Made by a program: the position numbers and the translations under genes. Shown here one piece after another: positions 1 to 11,104 of a stretch of DNA of 64,000 nucleotides (position 1 is the stretch's first letter; every line of letters starts with the position of its first letter). A model generated the notes under the pieces. It made no database searches. It was not told where the DNA came from and saw only the letters and a list, made by a program, of their open reading frames with translations. The stretch comes from Alphaproteobacteria bacterium (lineage in GTDB: Bacteria > Pseudomonadota > Alphaproteobacteria > MPNO01 > UBA830): contig OZ251539.1 of assembly GCA_965243135.1 (NCBI GenBank), positions 3,424,001-3,488,000 on the forward strand, in the 5' to 3' direction.

Positions 1-428
1 GCGCGCGACTTGCCGAAGCCCATCGCCTTGCCGCCGCCCGACTGCATCTGGCGCATGAAGAATATCCAGATGCCGATCAGCAGCAGCATCGGGAACCAGG
101 ATATCAGTATGCTGAGCAGCGAAGGCGATCCGTCGTCGGCGGGAATCGCGCGGATCACGACGCCGTGCTTCTGAAGCTTGTCCACCAGGTTCGGATCGTT
201 CGGCGCGTAGGTCGAGAACGAACGCCCGTCCTTGCGCACCCCGGAAATGCTGTTGCCCTTTATGGTGACTTCGCCGATCTGGCCGCCCTCGACGTCGGCC
301 AGAAATTCCGAGAACGCCAGCCCCGACCGGGCGCTCCTGTCGGAAGGCGGCTGGAACAGATTGAAGAGCGCCACCAGGAGAAGGCCGATTATGACCCACA
401 GCGCGAGGTTCTTGCCGAAATTGCTCAC
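1..428 (-). CDS. ftsH: ATP-dependent zinc metalloprotease FtsH, N-terminal part (runs off the window)
   Basis: Manual minus-strand translation from GTG at 428: [26 protein letters not shown]...[35 protein letters not shown], the typical FtsH N-terminus; lies downstream of tilS. Confidence 0.95.
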   Translation of the reverse strand, partial: [142 protein letters not shown]

Positions 429-463
429 AGGATCCCTTCCGTAAGGCGGCGAGACGGCCCCTA

Positions 464-1786
464 TTAGATAATGCGCGGAACCGGTTTGGCAACCGCGAAG
501 GGCGGACCGCAAAGCGGCGCGTCCGGCCTGAACCGCGCATCCCTCAAAAGACGCTCGCCGGATTGAGTATAACCGATATGCGGGGCTTCGATCACCTCGC
601 CGCCGACCCAGAGGGCGGGCAGCCCGAAACGGACCGGTCCCGGCAGGCGACGCGCCGCCTCCGGATCGGCCCGCGGCATCGCCGCCTGCCAGCCGGCTTC
701 GCCCAGCGCCCTGATTTCGGCAGGCCGCGACCGCGCGGCCGGCGCCGCTTCGATATCGAAGCGGCGGTCCCAGCGCATTCGTCCTTCGCCGCGGACCGGC
801 CTCGCCTCGAGAGCCGTTCCCGGTTCCCGGCATACGCGAAAGCCGCCGGAAATCGGAACGATCAGGCAGTTTCCGAGCGTGCGCCCCGGTCCGCCGCGAA
901 GGGACGCGAGCAGGCGTTCGACGCTCCGGCGGCGCACGGGACGGCGCGCGCCGCCGACCGCGCGCAGCAGCCCCGAAAGCAGGCCGCGGGAAGTTTCCGC
1001 TTCCGCGTCGCGAAACGCCTCTCCGTCCACCTCCGCGTACCCCTCGGGAAAAAACGCCACCGACCGCGCGGCGAGCCCCGAAACGGCGCGGTCTTGCGCC
1101 GACCTCCGGTCGCCGAGCGCCGCCGCCGCCCGGCCCACCGCCTCCGCCGGGATTCCCGCGGCCCGAAGGTCGGCCATGCGCGTCCTCGCCTCGACTCTCG
1201 CGAACCGCGGATCCTCGTTCGAGGGATCCTCGATCCAGGGCTGGCCCGCCGCGCGAAGAAAGGCCGTCAGCCGCGCGGGCGCCACGCCGAGCAGCGGCCG
1301 GACGATGCGGACGCCGTCGCGCGCCGTCGTCGACGGCATCGCGGCAAGGCCGTCGGCCCCGCTGCCGCGCTGCATCCGGATTAGAAACGTCTCCGCCTGA
1401 TCCTCGAGATGATGGCCGACGAGAAGATGCGGAAATCCGCGGTCGCGACACCATTGCGCCAACAATCCGTAACGCGCGTCGCGCGACGCCTCCTGAATCC
1501 CGGACGAGGGCTTGCGGCCCGTCCACGCCAGGACGCAGTGGGGAATCCGCCGCGAGGCGCACCATGCCGCGACCTGCGCGGCTTCGGCGGCGGAGCCGGC
1601 GCGGAGGCCGTGATCGACCGTCAGCGCGGCGACGCGGGCGCCCGGCGCCCAATCCTTCGCGAGCAGCAGCAAAGCCATGCTGTCGGCGCCGCCGGACACC
1701 GCGACGGCGACCCGCGGAGCGGGACCGAAGGGGCCGGCCGCCGCCATCCGTTCCCGGAATTCGGAAACCGCGAATGGACCGTTCAC
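464..1786 (-). CDS. tilS: tRNA(Ile)-lysidine synthetase
   Basis: AVAVSGGADS PP-loop, VDHGLR, HHLEDQAET and WIEDPSN motifs; start placed at the GTG overlapping the cpoB stop. Confidence 0.93.
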   Translation of the reverse strand: MNGPFAVSEFRERMAAAGPFGPAPRVAVAVSGGADSMALLLLAKDWAPGARVAALTVDHGLRAGSAAEAAQVAAWCASRRIPHCVLAWTGRKPSSGIQEASRDARYGLLAQWCRDRGFPHLLVGHHLEDQAETFLIRMQRGSGADGLAAMPSTTARDGVRIVRPLLGVAPARLTAFLRAAGQPWIEDPSNEDPRFARVEARTRMADLRAAGIPAEAVGRAAAALGDRRSAQDRAVSGLAARSVAFFPEGYAEVDGEAFRDAEAETSRGLLSGLLRAVGGARRPVRRRSVERLLASLRGGPGRTLGNCLIVPISGGFRVCREPGTALEARPVRGEGRMRWDRRFDIEAAPAARSRPAEIRALGEAGWQAAMPRADPEAARRLPGPVRFGLPALWVGGEVIEAPHIGYTQSGERLLRDARFRPDAPLCGPPFAVAKPVPRII

Positions 1787-2709
1787 TGGCACTTCGCGCG
1801 GCCTTGCTCCTGCTTCACCTGCGCCTTCAGCCGCTTGCTCGCCTTGGGAAACGAGGCGAGCAACGCCGAATAGGCGGTGCATGCCTCCGCACGCTTGTCC
1901 AGCTTCGTAAGGGACACGCCGAGCTTGAGAAGGCTCTCGGCGGCTTTCTCGCCCTTGGGAAACTGCTCGAAACCCTTGCCGTAAGCGCGCGCGGCATCGC
2001 GGAATTGCTTGCGCACGAAATAGGTCTGGCCGAGGTAGTAGTGGGCTCTGGACGCCAGTTCATGCTTCGGATTGCCCTTCAGGAACGCGCGCAGGATCTT
2101 CTCCGCGCCCGCGTAATCCTGCTTCTGCAACATCAGGTTTATGGCCGCGTCGTACTGTTCCTCCGGCGCCTGCGCGGTCGAGGCTCCGTCTTTCCGTCCC
2201 GGCGGAGCGGGGCGGGGAACGCCCGGCGGACGCGGCGCCGCGGCGCCGGTCGCCGCTCCGGAGTCCGCCGCGGGTTGCCGGCCGATCCCGGGAGGGCCGG
2301 CCTCGAGCCGGTCGACGCGGTCCCGCAACTGCCGCAGTTCCTGGCCGAGTTCCTCCATCCGCCCGGTTCGCAACTGCCGCAATTCGTGACCGAGCTCCTC
2401 CAGACGTCCGGTGAGGCGCCGGAGTTCGTTCTCGATCAGGTTCAACTGGACGGTGCCTCTCGCCACCGCCTTTCCGGTCTCCGCGGGCGCGGACGGAACC
2501 GGCCTGACGCCGCTCCGGTGGAACTGGCGCTGCAACGTGGTCAGTTCGCGCTGAAGACGATCGACCCGGTTCAGCAGGTTCTGGATATCCGGATTCTGCG
2601 CCGCGGCCGGAAGCGCCCAAGCCGTCGCGGCCACGACCGCGACGAACGCCAGCGCCAGAAGCTTCGATCCGCTTCCGGGCCGTCCCGGCTCGATTCGCCC
2701 TGGCGTCAT
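1783..2709 (-). CDS. cpoB: Tol-Pal system protein CpoB/YbgF
   Basis: Signal peptide, coiled coil, C-terminal TPRs (AHYYLGQTYF, SLLKLGVSL); between pal and tilS. Confidence 0.9.
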   Translation of the reverse strand: MTPGRIEPGRPGSGSKLLALAFVAVVAATAWALPAAAQNPDIQNLLNRVDRLQRELTTLQRQFHRSGVRPVPSAPAETGKAVARGTVQLNLIENELRRLTGRLEELGHELRQLRTGRMEELGQELRQLRDRVDRLEAGPPGIGRQPAADSGAATGAAAPRPPGVPRPAPPGRKDGASTAQAPEEQYDAAINLMLQKQDYAGAEKILRAFLKGNPKHELASRAHYYLGQTYFVRKQFRDAARAYGKGFEQFPKGEKAAESLLKLGVSLTKLDKRAEACTAYSALLASFPKASKRLKAQVKQEQGRAKCQ

Positions 2710-2719
2710 CGCGGACCGG

Positions 2720-3268
2720 TCAAGTGGCGCCGCCTTCCACGACCGTCACCGCCCGCCGGTTGGCGGCCCAGGCCGCCTCGTTCGAGTCAGGATCGATCGG
2801 TCGCTCCTTGCCGTAGCTCACGGTCCGGACCCTGTTGGGCTCGATGCCGAGAGCGATCATGTAATCGCGCACCGAGTTGGCGCGCCGCTCGCCCAGCGCC
2901 AGATTGTATTCCCGCGTCCCCCGCTCGTCGGCATGGCCCTCGACCGTGACGCTTACGCCCGGGAACCGGCTCAGCCAAATGGCCTGGTTTTCGACGACCA
3001 GGCGCGCCTCGTCGGAAAGGTCGTACCTGTCGAACTCGAACTGCACCCGGTCGCCTACGTTCGTCACGAAGTCCCCGGCGCTGCCGGACGGGCTGGCCAG
3101 GTTCTGGCTCTCGACGGTGCCTTCCAGAGGCTCGGAGGCCACCCCGCCGGAATCCGCGGATCCGGTCACGGAACCGTCGCCGCCCGCGTCGGAAATTATC
3201 TGTTGCGGCGATTCGCACGCTGCGAGCAGCAGGCCAGCCAGCGCACAAGCGACATGAGCGAAACGCAT
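2720..3268 (-). CDS. pal: Peptidoglycan-associated lipoprotein Pal
   Basis: Lipobox LAAC; EGHADERGTREYNLALGERRA OmpA-like motif; ATG at 3268. Confidence 0.95.
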   Translation of the reverse strand: MRFAHVACALAGLLLAACESPQQIISDAGGDGSVTGSADSGGVASEPLEGTVESQNLASPSGSAGDFVTNVGDRVQFEFDRYDLSDEARLVVENQAIWLSRFPGVSVTVEGHADERGTREYNLALGERRANSVRDYMIALGIEPNRVRTVSYGKERPIDPDSNEAAWAANRRAVTVVEGGAT

Positions 3269-4383
3269 CTGAGCATTCTCCGATTGTTTGGCGGGAACGG
3301 CAGCGGAAACGATAACCGCCGCGGCGCGAAATCGCAAGTCCCAAGCATGGCGGCGCGGAACGACGATTTTACGGGGCGCGCGTCGACGAAGCGACGCCGG
3401 GATTCCGGACCGGCTCCGCTCGACGGCCGCACCGTCCGAACCGGGCCGGCGCCCGGCTGCTCGCCTGGATTCGGCTTCGCGCGCGCAGTTGGCAAGACTG
3501 TCGGAGCGACGGGCTGCAGCGGCCCGCGCTCTGCGCGTCGGCGCGGCCGGGCCACGCCGATTCGCGTTTCGGGGCGTAGGCACGATAAACGGTATCCGGA
3601 AATCGGAGTTGACAGGGAGGGGGCGAGTTCAACCGGTCCAGGCCCCCGAAGCGGTGTGCCGAGATGCGGAATTCTCGAGCGGTGCCGACGCGGCGAGCGC
3701 ACGGTTCGCTCGCAGTCAGCCGTTCGGGAACAGCGGACGAACCTGGGAACGCTCGCCGACCTCGGCCGGGCGGCTTGCGGCGCCCCGTCGTCGACGCCGA
3801 AAACGAATGCCCGGAGCGGAAACGAAACCCGTCTCGTCAACGTCGAGCGGGAGGCGCTCTACCGGCGCCGGGCGCCTGTCTCGAAGCGTGGCGACTGGTT
3901 CGCCACAGCCGCTTCGAGCATCCGTTTCTCGCCGAACGCTTGCCGTGCAACTCGGCCATGTCGCCGCGCCCGAGGCGGTCCGCCGCGGCGCGAAGAACGC
4001 GCTGCGGAGAAACGCCGCTCCGCGTCGCCCGTGAGGACGGCAAGCTTCGGCGGCGAATTCTCCGGGATTCCGTCGTCGTCCGCCCCGTAGACTGTCGACG
4101 AAAGGCCGAACGCGGAACGAACCTCCCCTGCGCCGCAAGGTCGAAGCGCTGCCGCGCGCGGAGAAAGCCGGTCTTCTTCTTGAGGAACGCACCGTCGCGG
4201 TAGCCGCCCGAGGCGGGCTGGCCGCGCTTCGGAGTTCCGGGGACGTTGCCCGGCCTTCCCCCGGCTTCGGCGCGGAAAACGGCGCGGCGCGGAAATTCGC
4301 GCCGCCTCATGCCGCCGACAGGATAGTTGCGCGGCGCGAACGTTTCGCATACGTTCGTCTTCCCGAAGTCACTGAAGCATCTT

Positions 4384-4713
4384 ATGGAACAGTTCTCTTC
4401 CGAACTCGTCGCCATTCTTGGCGTCGGCGCTTCCATGCTTGGCGTCGGCATTGCCGTTATCGGGCTGGTTCTTCAGCAGGGCCGCCGGCTCGACCGCCGG
4501 ATCGACGGCCTTGCCCTGCGCATGGACGAACAGGACCGGCGGACGGACGACCGGTTCCGGCAGCTGACCGATCAGATGAACGAGCAATTCCGGCAGATGA
4601 ACGAGCAGTTCCAGAGGTTGAGCGAGCGCGTCGCGCGAGTCGAGGGCAAGTTCGACCTGCTCGAGGCTTTCGTCGAGCACCGGAAGGAGCCGCCGGCCGA
4701 GGCGGCGGAATAG
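4384..4713 (+). CDS. Small membrane-anchored coiled-coil protein of unknown function
   Basis: N-terminal TM helix followed by heptad repeats (DQMNEQFRQMNEQFQR, 21-bp DNA repeat) and ERVARVEGK. Confidence 0.7.
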   Translation: MEQFSSELVAILGVGASMLGVGIAVIGLVLQQGRRLDRRIDGLALRMDEQDRRTDDRFRQLTDQMNEQFRQMNEQFQRLSERVARVEGKFDLLEAFVEHRKEPPAEAAE

Positions 4714-4994
4714 CGGGCAAGTCCGGCCCGCCTCGGCGCCGAGGTTCGCTGGCCAGCCCTCTCGCGGCCGCCGCTCGCCGCGCTCTGGAGGTCTGGGGCG
4801 CAGAAGTTGCCTGGCCTTCCCCAGCTTCGGCGCCGCAAGCGGCGCGGAAATTCGCGAGGCGGCCGGACCGGACGGGCAGCTGACGAAAAACGGCGCAGCG
4901 CAAACGCCTCGCAGTGGACCAGCGCAGAAGGGCCGGCGCGCCCGAACGTCCGCTACGCCGCCGCTGGATCGAGTGGATACGGAGAAACCGCTGG

Positions 4995-5160
4995 TGGGGC
5001 ACGGCGTTACTTCGCGCTGCACGCTCCGCGCCGGACCGGCAAGACCTCCACCCTGATCGCCTTGCGCGATCTCTTCGACGGCGGCAAGGTCGGCGACTTC
5101 CGCTGCGCGGACATGAACGTCGAGGTCGGCCAGGCGGCAAGGCACGGCGACATGCGCGCC
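4995..5160 (+). pseudogene. Fragment of an AAA-like ATPase gene (Walker A region only)
   Basis: RYFALHAPRRTGKTSTLIALRDL...FRCADMNVEVGQAAR; no start context and no continuation. Confidence 0.65.
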
Positions 5161-5303
5161 ACCTGTCGTCCCGGCGGCCTTGTCATCGCCCGGCGACAAA
5201 TCTCCGAACTCGTCCCCGGCATTCGCCGGCCAGTTGGCCCTCACGGCGGAAATTGCAGTCCGCCTGCGTCGCGCGTCGGAATTTACGGGACCCGTCGCAG
5301 TCC

Positions 5304-6239
5304 TCACGTCGGATCGCCATGCCGCCTGCCGGTCAAGCGGCGCAACCGCACCCGTCCGTCGATCACGGCCAGGCCGCAGGCCAGCAACGCCATGCCTGCA
5401 AAGTGCTGCAGGTCCAGCCTTTCGTCGAGGACGGCGACTCCCAGAAGAACGGCGGTGGCCGGGATCAGGAGGGTCGCCAAAAGCAGGTTCGTCGCGCCGG
5501 CCGTGGCCAGGATGCGAAAGTAGATGATGTAGGCCAGCGCAGTCGAAAGCAGGGCGAGGCCCGCGACGGCTGCCCCAGCCTCCCAGCCCGGAGCCGGCAG
5601 CGACCACGGGCGATCCACTGCGAGAAACAGGGGAACGAGTATCGCGGTCGAGACGGTCAATTGACCGGTCGCGGTCACCAGCGGCGCGGCTCCCATGTCT
5701 CGGAAGCGGCGGCCGAACACCGCGGCAAAGGCGAACGAGAGTGCCGCGCCGAGCACCGCAAGCTGGGCGAGAGCGTCGGCGTCCACGCCTTCCAGCGTCT
5801 CCGGTCCGACGATCGCCACGACGCCGGCGAAGGCGACGGCGATCCCGGCCAGCCGCGCCGCCGTGAGCTTTTCGTCCCGGGTCAGAAAATGAGCCACGAT
5901 TGCGGTGAAGAAGGGCGTCGTCGCATTGAGGATCGATGCCAGACCGCTGGCAACGTAGATCTGCCCCCAGGCGATGAGGCAGAAGGGAACGACATTGTTG
6001 AGCAGCCCCATGCCTGCGAACGCGATCCAGAGGCGGCGTTCGGCCGGGATTTCGATACCGGTCATCCACATGATCAGATAGAGAACGACGGCCGCGATCC
6101 CGATCCTCAGGGTAACGATCGTAAGGGGCGGCAGGGTCTCGACCGCGACCGCTACGAAGAAGAACGCGCCGCCCCACAAGATCGACAGCAGCGCCAGAAG
6201 CGACCACTCGACCGGTCCCATGGAACGGTTGACGATCAT
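5304..6239 (-). CDS. DMT/EamA family transporter
   Basis: About 10 TM helices in two EamA repeats (LWGGAFFF, ASILNATTPFFT, LGVAVLDERL). Confidence 0.92.
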   Translation of the reverse strand: MIVNRSMGPVEWSLLALLSILWGGAFFFVAVAVETLPPLTIVTLRIGIAAVVLYLIMWMTGIEIPAERRLWIAFAGMGLLNNVVPFCLIAWGQIYVASGLASILNATTPFFTAIVAHFLTRDEKLTAARLAGIAVAFAGVVAIVGPETLEGVDADALAQLAVLGAALSFAFAAVFGRRFRDMGAAPLVTATGQLTVSTAILVPLFLAVDRPWSLPAPGWEAGAAVAGLALLSTALAYIIYFRILATAGATNLLLATLLIPATAVLLGVAVLDERLDLQHFAGMALLACGLAVIDGRVRLRRLTGRRHGDPT

Positions 6240-6401
6240 GCTTCACGCGCGCGCCCGACGAGCGCCGGGGCCTCCGGGACAGCGCCTCCTCGCCGTCCGG
6301 CGTCCGGTTCCCTTCCTTTCGGCGCCCCGTCCCGCCGCAAAGAGATTTCGGCGCCGCTCCGGCAGATCCGCCGCCGCCGAAGCAACGACGGAGCGCGGAG
6401 C

Positions 6402-7100
6402 TTATTGCAGGTCCGGCGCTTGCGGTTGCTTCGCATACGGCTCGTCCATCGCCACGAACTCCGTCTCCCGCAAGGCCGCCTGCGTCCACGCAGTCATCCC
6501 CGGCGTGGACAACAACGTTTGCTGGTAGGCGCAAGCGTCCCCGTCGAGCGACACCTCGTAGGTGACGAACCGCGCCGCGACGGGCGCAAAATAAGCGTCC
6601 GCGGCCGAAAAGGCGCCGAACAGGAACGGTCCGCCACGGCCGAACCGAGATCGCGTCTCGCGCCAAAGGCCAATCAGCCGCCCGATGTCGCGGCGTACCT
6701 CCGGCGTCATGCCCTTGCCAGGGTGGCTGCCGCGAATGTTCATCGGCATGGCCCCGCGCAGCGCCTGATATCCGCCGTGAAAATCCGCGACCAGCGAACG
6801 GGCGCGAGCGCGGGCCTTGGCGTCGGCCGGCCAAATGGCGGCTTCGGGGTGCAGTTCGTGCAGCCGTTCCAGGATGGCGAGCGTGTCGAAGGTAGCGAAG
6901 CCGGCGCCGGGGTCGCCTTCCCACAGCACCGGCACGAGCCGGGTTGGCGACAGGGCGGCGATGTTGGCGGCCCAGTCGAGCGAGTCGAACTTGATCAGAC
7001 GCTCGGCAAACGGAATGCCTGCCTCGGTCATGGCCAGCCAGGCCCGCAGCGACCACGACGAATAGTTCTTGTTTGCGATCACGAGGGTTAACGGGGGCAT
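6402..7100 (-). CDS. Glutathione S-transferase family protein
   Basis: NKNYSSWSLRAW, VPVL, FLFGAFSAADAYFAPV. Confidence 0.92.
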   Translation of the reverse strand: MPPLTLVIANKNYSSWSLRAWLAMTEAGIPFAERLIKFDSLDWAANIAALSPTRLVPVLWEGDPGAGFATFDTLAILERLHELHPEAAIWPADAKARARARSLVADFHGGYQALRGAMPMNIRGSHPGKGMTPEVRRDIGRLIGLWRETRSRFGRGGPFLFGAFSAADAYFAPVAARFVTYEVSLDGDACAYQQTLLSTPGMTAWTQAALRETEFVAMDEPYAKQPQAPDLQ

Positions 7101-7788
7101 GGCGTCCTTCCCTGAAGCGCCTTTACCTCGAAGTGGAGTTATCCCGGCCGTGGTTACCGCCCTCCATTCCGCGAAACAAGGACTCTTTCGCGGCATGCCT
7201 ATGGAACGCCCAGCTCCCGCAGGTCCGCCGCGCGTTCAAGCGGCTTCGGTGATGTCGAGGCTTTTTTCGTCGATCCGGGAAGCGAATCCGACGCGGACTC
7301 CCCCTTCTTCTCCGCCACGAGGAGCGGCGGCCTGCAGCCCGGCGGGAGCCGCCGATGCCTGGGCATCGACGTCGCGCCGAGGACAATCATCGTCCGCTCG
7401 CGCAGGACGTGGAGGGGAACGCTTGGCGCGGAGGGATTTCCTGCACGCGCCGCTTCGAGCGATTCCGGAGCGCCGATCCCCATGTTGGTCCCCGCCTCTC
7501 CTGCTTTCGGGCGGGGCGATGCGCGCTTTCTTCCCGGCGGTCGCGCTCCGCCGCCCGCAAGAGACGCCGGAGTTCGGGGTTCGTCGTCAAAGCTCCGAAG
7601 CACGCGGCGGTTCGGCCTCCGTCCATTTCGGTCGATCCGAAACCTTCGCCGCGATGCGTTCCTTTCGCGCCGCGATCCTGTCCCTTGTCCAGGCCCGCCG
7701 CGCCCGGAGTCGGAACGCGTTCGCGGCCCGCCCGCGTCGCTCGCCGCCGGGACCGCCGCCTGCCTCAAGCCCGCGCCTCGCCGCCCGC

Positions 7789-9102
7789 TCACCGCGCCAG
7801 CGGAGACCACGCGGGGTCGGAACCTCCCAACGGAGTCGGGATCGTCCGCTCGTTGTATCCGGTGAGGTCGATCGAAACCAGCTCGGCCTTCCCGCCGTCC
7901 TGCTGCCGCTGTTGCCTGAAAAACATCAGAACCCGGCCGTTGGGCGCCCATGTCGGCCCCTCCACCAGAAATCCCTCGGCCAGAATCCGTTCGCCGTTGC
8001 CGTCGGGCCGCATCACGCCGATCGAGAACCTGCCCGAAAGGACGCGCGTGAACGCGATCAGGTCGCCGCGCGGCGACCATACCGGCGTTGCGTACCTGCC
8101 CTGGCCGAAGCTGATGCGGCGCACGCCCTCGCCGTCCCCGTCCATTACGTAGAGCTGCTGCGAACCGCCGCGGTCCGAATTGAACACGATCCGGCGGCCG
8201 TCCGGCGCGTAGGACGGCGAGGTGTCGATCGCCGGATGCCGGGTGAGGCGCGCGACGCGCCGGGTCCTCAGATCCATCGTGTAGATTTCGGAGTTTCCGG
8301 ACTGGGCCATGCTCATGACCACCTTGTTGCCGTCGGGCGAAAAGCGCGGGGCGAAGGTCATCCCGGGAAAGTTGCCGACGACCTCCTTCCGTCCGGTGTC
8401 TATGTTGTAGAGATACACCCGCGGTCGGCCCTCGACGTAGGACAGATAGGTGATTTCCTGGGCGGTCGGAGAGAAGCGGGGCGTCAGGACCAGGGCCGAC
8501 CCGTCGGTGAGAAAGCGATGGTTGGCGCCGTCCTGGTCCATGATGGCGAGGCGCTTGACCCGCCTGTCCGCCCGACCGGTCTCGGAGACGTAGACGATCC
8601 GCGTGTCGAAATAGCCGCTTTCGCCGGTCACCCGCTTGTAGATCTGGTCGGCGATGATATGCGCCACCCGCCGCCAGTTCTGCTGCGCGGTCGTGTAGCC
8701 CCGGGCCGTCATCTGCGTTCCGCCGAACACGTCCCACAGGCGGAATTCGATCCGCAGCCTGCCGCTGTCTTGCATGCGCACGTTGCCGGCGACGAGCGCC
8801 TGGGCGTTGATCTGGCGCCAGTCTCCGAACCGGGGCTGAACCGCGAGGGAAGACGCCCCCTGGATGAAGGCGCGCCGGTCGATCGGCCTGAACAGCCCGG
8901 AACGCTCGAGATCGGCCGAAACCACGTCGGCGATCTTTCGGCCGGCGTCGGACGCGGGGCCTCCGACGAACGCCGGGATGGCGATCGGCAGCGGCTCGAC
9001 CCTGCCGCGGGTCATGTCCACGCTCAACTCCGCCTGCGACGCGCCTGTCAGCGCGACCAGAATCGGCAGGACGAATTTCGTCGTTCGAGGCATTGTCTTC
9101 AT
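7789..9102 (-). CDS. tolB: Tol-Pal beta-propeller protein TolB
   Basis: [16 protein letters not shown], repeated PxWSPDG/PRFSP PD40 motifs; ATG overlaps the tolA stop. Confidence 0.96.
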   Translation of the reverse strand: MKTMPRTTKFVLPILVALTGASQAELSVDMTRGRVEPLPIAIPAFVGGPASDAGRKIADVVSADLERSGLFRPIDRRAFIQGASSLAVQPRFGDWRQINAQALVAGNVRMQDSGRLRIEFRLWDVFGGTQMTARGYTTAQQNWRRVAHIIADQIYKRVTGESGYFDTRIVYVSETGRADRRVKRLAIMDQDGANHRFLTDGSALVLTPRFSPTAQEITYLSYVEGRPRVYLYNIDTGRKEVVGNFPGMTFAPRFSPDGNKVVMSMAQSGNSEIYTMDLRTRRVARLTRHPAIDTSPSYAPDGRRIVFNSDRGGSQQLYVMDGDGEGVRRISFGQGRYATPVWSPRGDLIAFTRVLSGRFSIGVMRPDGNGERILAEGFLVEGPTWAPNGRVLMFFRQQRQQDGGKAELVSIDLTGYNERTIPTPLGGSDPAWSPLAR

Positions 9103-9932
9103 TGTCCGAGCATTTCCCTGGGGTCGAAGTTGAACGTTATTTCCTTCCACAGATCGTACTGGTCGAAAGGCAGCTTCAGCGGCATGCATCGCGGATCGCG
9201 CAATGCGCGCAGCGCGCTCTCGGCGACCGCGCGAAAGAACGGATCCCGTTCCATGCGGCCCTGATCCCTGACGCGGGGCGGTCCGCGAAGCGCGCCGTCC
9301 TGGCCAAGCTGTATGCGGATGGCGACCTTCATGTCCGCCGCGTCCTTCGCCCCGGCCGGAATGCTCCAGCATTCCTCCAGCTGACGCCGAACCGCTTCGA
9401 CGATTCGCGCCGCGCGGACGGCTTCGTCCAGCGGCGCCCGGGCGGCCGGAGGCGATGGAGGCGCTTCCTGCCGGGCGAGATCCTTCAGAAGCGATTGCAG
9501 TCTCGACGGAGGCGGCCTCGGCTTGGCTCGCGGACGCGGCGCTTGCGCCTCCTGCTTCTTCGCGGACGGCGCGGGCTTCGGGGTCGGCGCGGGCTTCGGG
9601 GTCGGCCTGGCTTCGGGAACCGGGGCCGGCTCCTCGGCCGCTTTCGGCTCGGGAGCTTTCGGCGCAGGCTCCGGATCTTCGGTCGGCGCCGGAATCTCCG
9701 GCGCGGGTTCGGGAACCGGCGGAGGAGGCGGCGGCAGCGGCGGCGCCGGCGGCGGCTTCGGGGAGGCCGCGGGAGCCGGCGAAGGGTCCGTTCGGGCGCG
9801 TTCGTCCATCACCACGATCTCGACCGCCATCGCCCGCTCCGGTTCGCGGTCGAAAAGACCCGGAAGCCCGAAGACGGCCAGCGCGACGACCGCGAGGTGA
9901 AGCGCCACCGAAGGAAGGACGCCGTAACGCAT
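9099..9932 (-). CDS. tolA: TolA-like cell envelope protein
   Basis: SVALH TM anchor, Pro-rich linker, C-terminal CWSIPAGA...[10 protein letters not shown] domain; operon position. Confidence 0.88.
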   Translation of the reverse strand: MRYGVLPSVALHLAVVALAVFGLPGLFDREPERAMAVEIVVMDERARTDPSPAPAASPKPPPAPPLPPPPPPVPEPAPEIPAPTEDPEPAPKAPEPKAAEEPAPVPEARPTPKPAPTPKPAPSAKKQEAQAPRPRAKPRPPPSRLQSLLKDLARQEAPPSPPAARAPLDEAVRAARIVEAVRRQLEECWSIPAGAKDAADMKVAIRIQLGQDGALRGPPRVRDQGRMERDPFFRAVAESALRALRDPRCMPLKLPFDQYDLWKEITFNFDPREMLGQ

Positions 9933-9935
9933 CGA

Positions 9936-10376
9936 TCACTTCGCCTTTCCCCCGGGCCCGTCCTTCGGCAGCCGCGTGAGGAGCGCCACCCGGTTGAAGC
10001 CGGCGAGATTGAGAGCTCCCATCACCTCCATCACCTTGCCGTACGCGAGCTTGCGGTCGCCGCGGACGAATATCCGCGTGTCCTTCTTCGCGCGGGTGAT
10101 CGCGTCGAGCCGCGGCACGAGCCGGTCCATGGTTATCGGCGTGTTCTGAATGAACAGGTCGCCCTTTCCGTCGATCGACACGACCAGAGGCTCGTCCTGC
10201 CCCACCATGCGGGAGGCCGCCGTCCTGGGCAGGTCGACAGGAACGCCGACCGTCAGCAAGGGCGCGGTGATCATGAAGACGATCAGCAGCACGAGCATCA
10301 CGTCGACCAGCGGCGTGACGTTGATCTCGCTCATCGGCGTCCGCTTCGCGCCGCGGCCCCGCAACTGGCCGGCCAT
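9936..10376 (-). CDS. tolR: TolR
   Basis: [24 protein letters not shown]. Confidence 0.95.
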   Translation of the reverse strand: MAGQLRGRGAKRTPMSEINVTPLVDVMLVLLIVFMITAPLLTVGVPVDLPRTAASRMVGQDEPLVVSIDGKGDLFIQNTPITMDRLVPRLDAITRAKKDTRIFVRGDRKLAYGKVMEVMGALNLAGFNRVALLTRLPKDGPGGKAK

Positions 10377-11083
10377 CAGGAGCCCCGTTCGCTGTGGCGC
10401 GCCAGGATCGCGCCGAATTCGCCGGAGAACGCCTCGAGACGTCCGGCGTACCTGTTCATGTCGCTCGACAGCTTGTTGTAGGCGATGACGGCCGGGATGG
10501 CGGCCACCAGGCCGAGCGCCGTCGCGAACAGCGCCTCTGCAATGCCGGGCGCGACGACGGCGAGCGACGTGTTCTTGGTGACGGCTATCGCCGCGAAACT
10601 GTTCATGATCCCCCAGACCGTCCCGAAGAGCCCGACGAACGGCGCCGTCGACCCGACCGACGCGAGAAAGGTCATGTACCGTTCCACGTGCTCCATCTCG
10701 CGGTTGAGGGTGATGTGCATCACCCTTTCGATGCGCTGGGACCGCTCGCCTTCGGACGCGCCGCCCGAACGTCGCCATTCCTGCATTCCGGACGAGAACA
10801 CCGCGGACATGGGATCCGCCGGCCGGCCGCCGATGCGATCGAACAGATCGTCGAGCGACCCGCCCGACCAGAAGGCCTCCTCGAAACCCTCCGCTCGCCG
10901 GCGCAGCCGCCGCATCCTGAAGAGCTTGTCGAAGATGATCGCCCAGCACCAGATCGACGCGAAGACAAGGGCGAGCATGACCAGCTTGACGACGACATCC
11001 GCCTGGATGAACAAGCCCCATACCGAGAGGTCGCCCGCGACCGACCCGCCAAGGTCGACGGACTGAACAAGTGACGTATCCAT
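10376..11083 (-). CDS. tolQ: TolQ
   Basis: [31 protein letters not shown]. Confidence 0.96.
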   Translation of the reverse strand: MDTSLVQSVDLGGSVAGDLSVWGLFIQADVVVKLVMLALVFASIWCWAIIFDKLFRMRRLRRRAEGFEEAFWSGGSLDDLFDRIGGRPADPMSAVFSSGMQEWRRSGGASEGERSQRIERVMHITLNREMEHVERYMTFLASVGSTAPFVGLFGTVWGIMNSFAAIAVTKNTSLAVVAPGIAEALFATALGLVAAIPAVIAYNKLSSDMNRYAGRLEAFSGEFGAILARHSERGS

Positions 11084-11104
11084 TTCGTTCTCCGCTCCGT
11101 CCGA

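Noticed and set aside
4369-7056. Long Arg/Gly/Pro-rich ORFs (also 45865-48414, 23183-25594, 40243-42390 and others)
   Set aside because: Shadow frames of real genes in high-GC DNA with no recognisable motifs.
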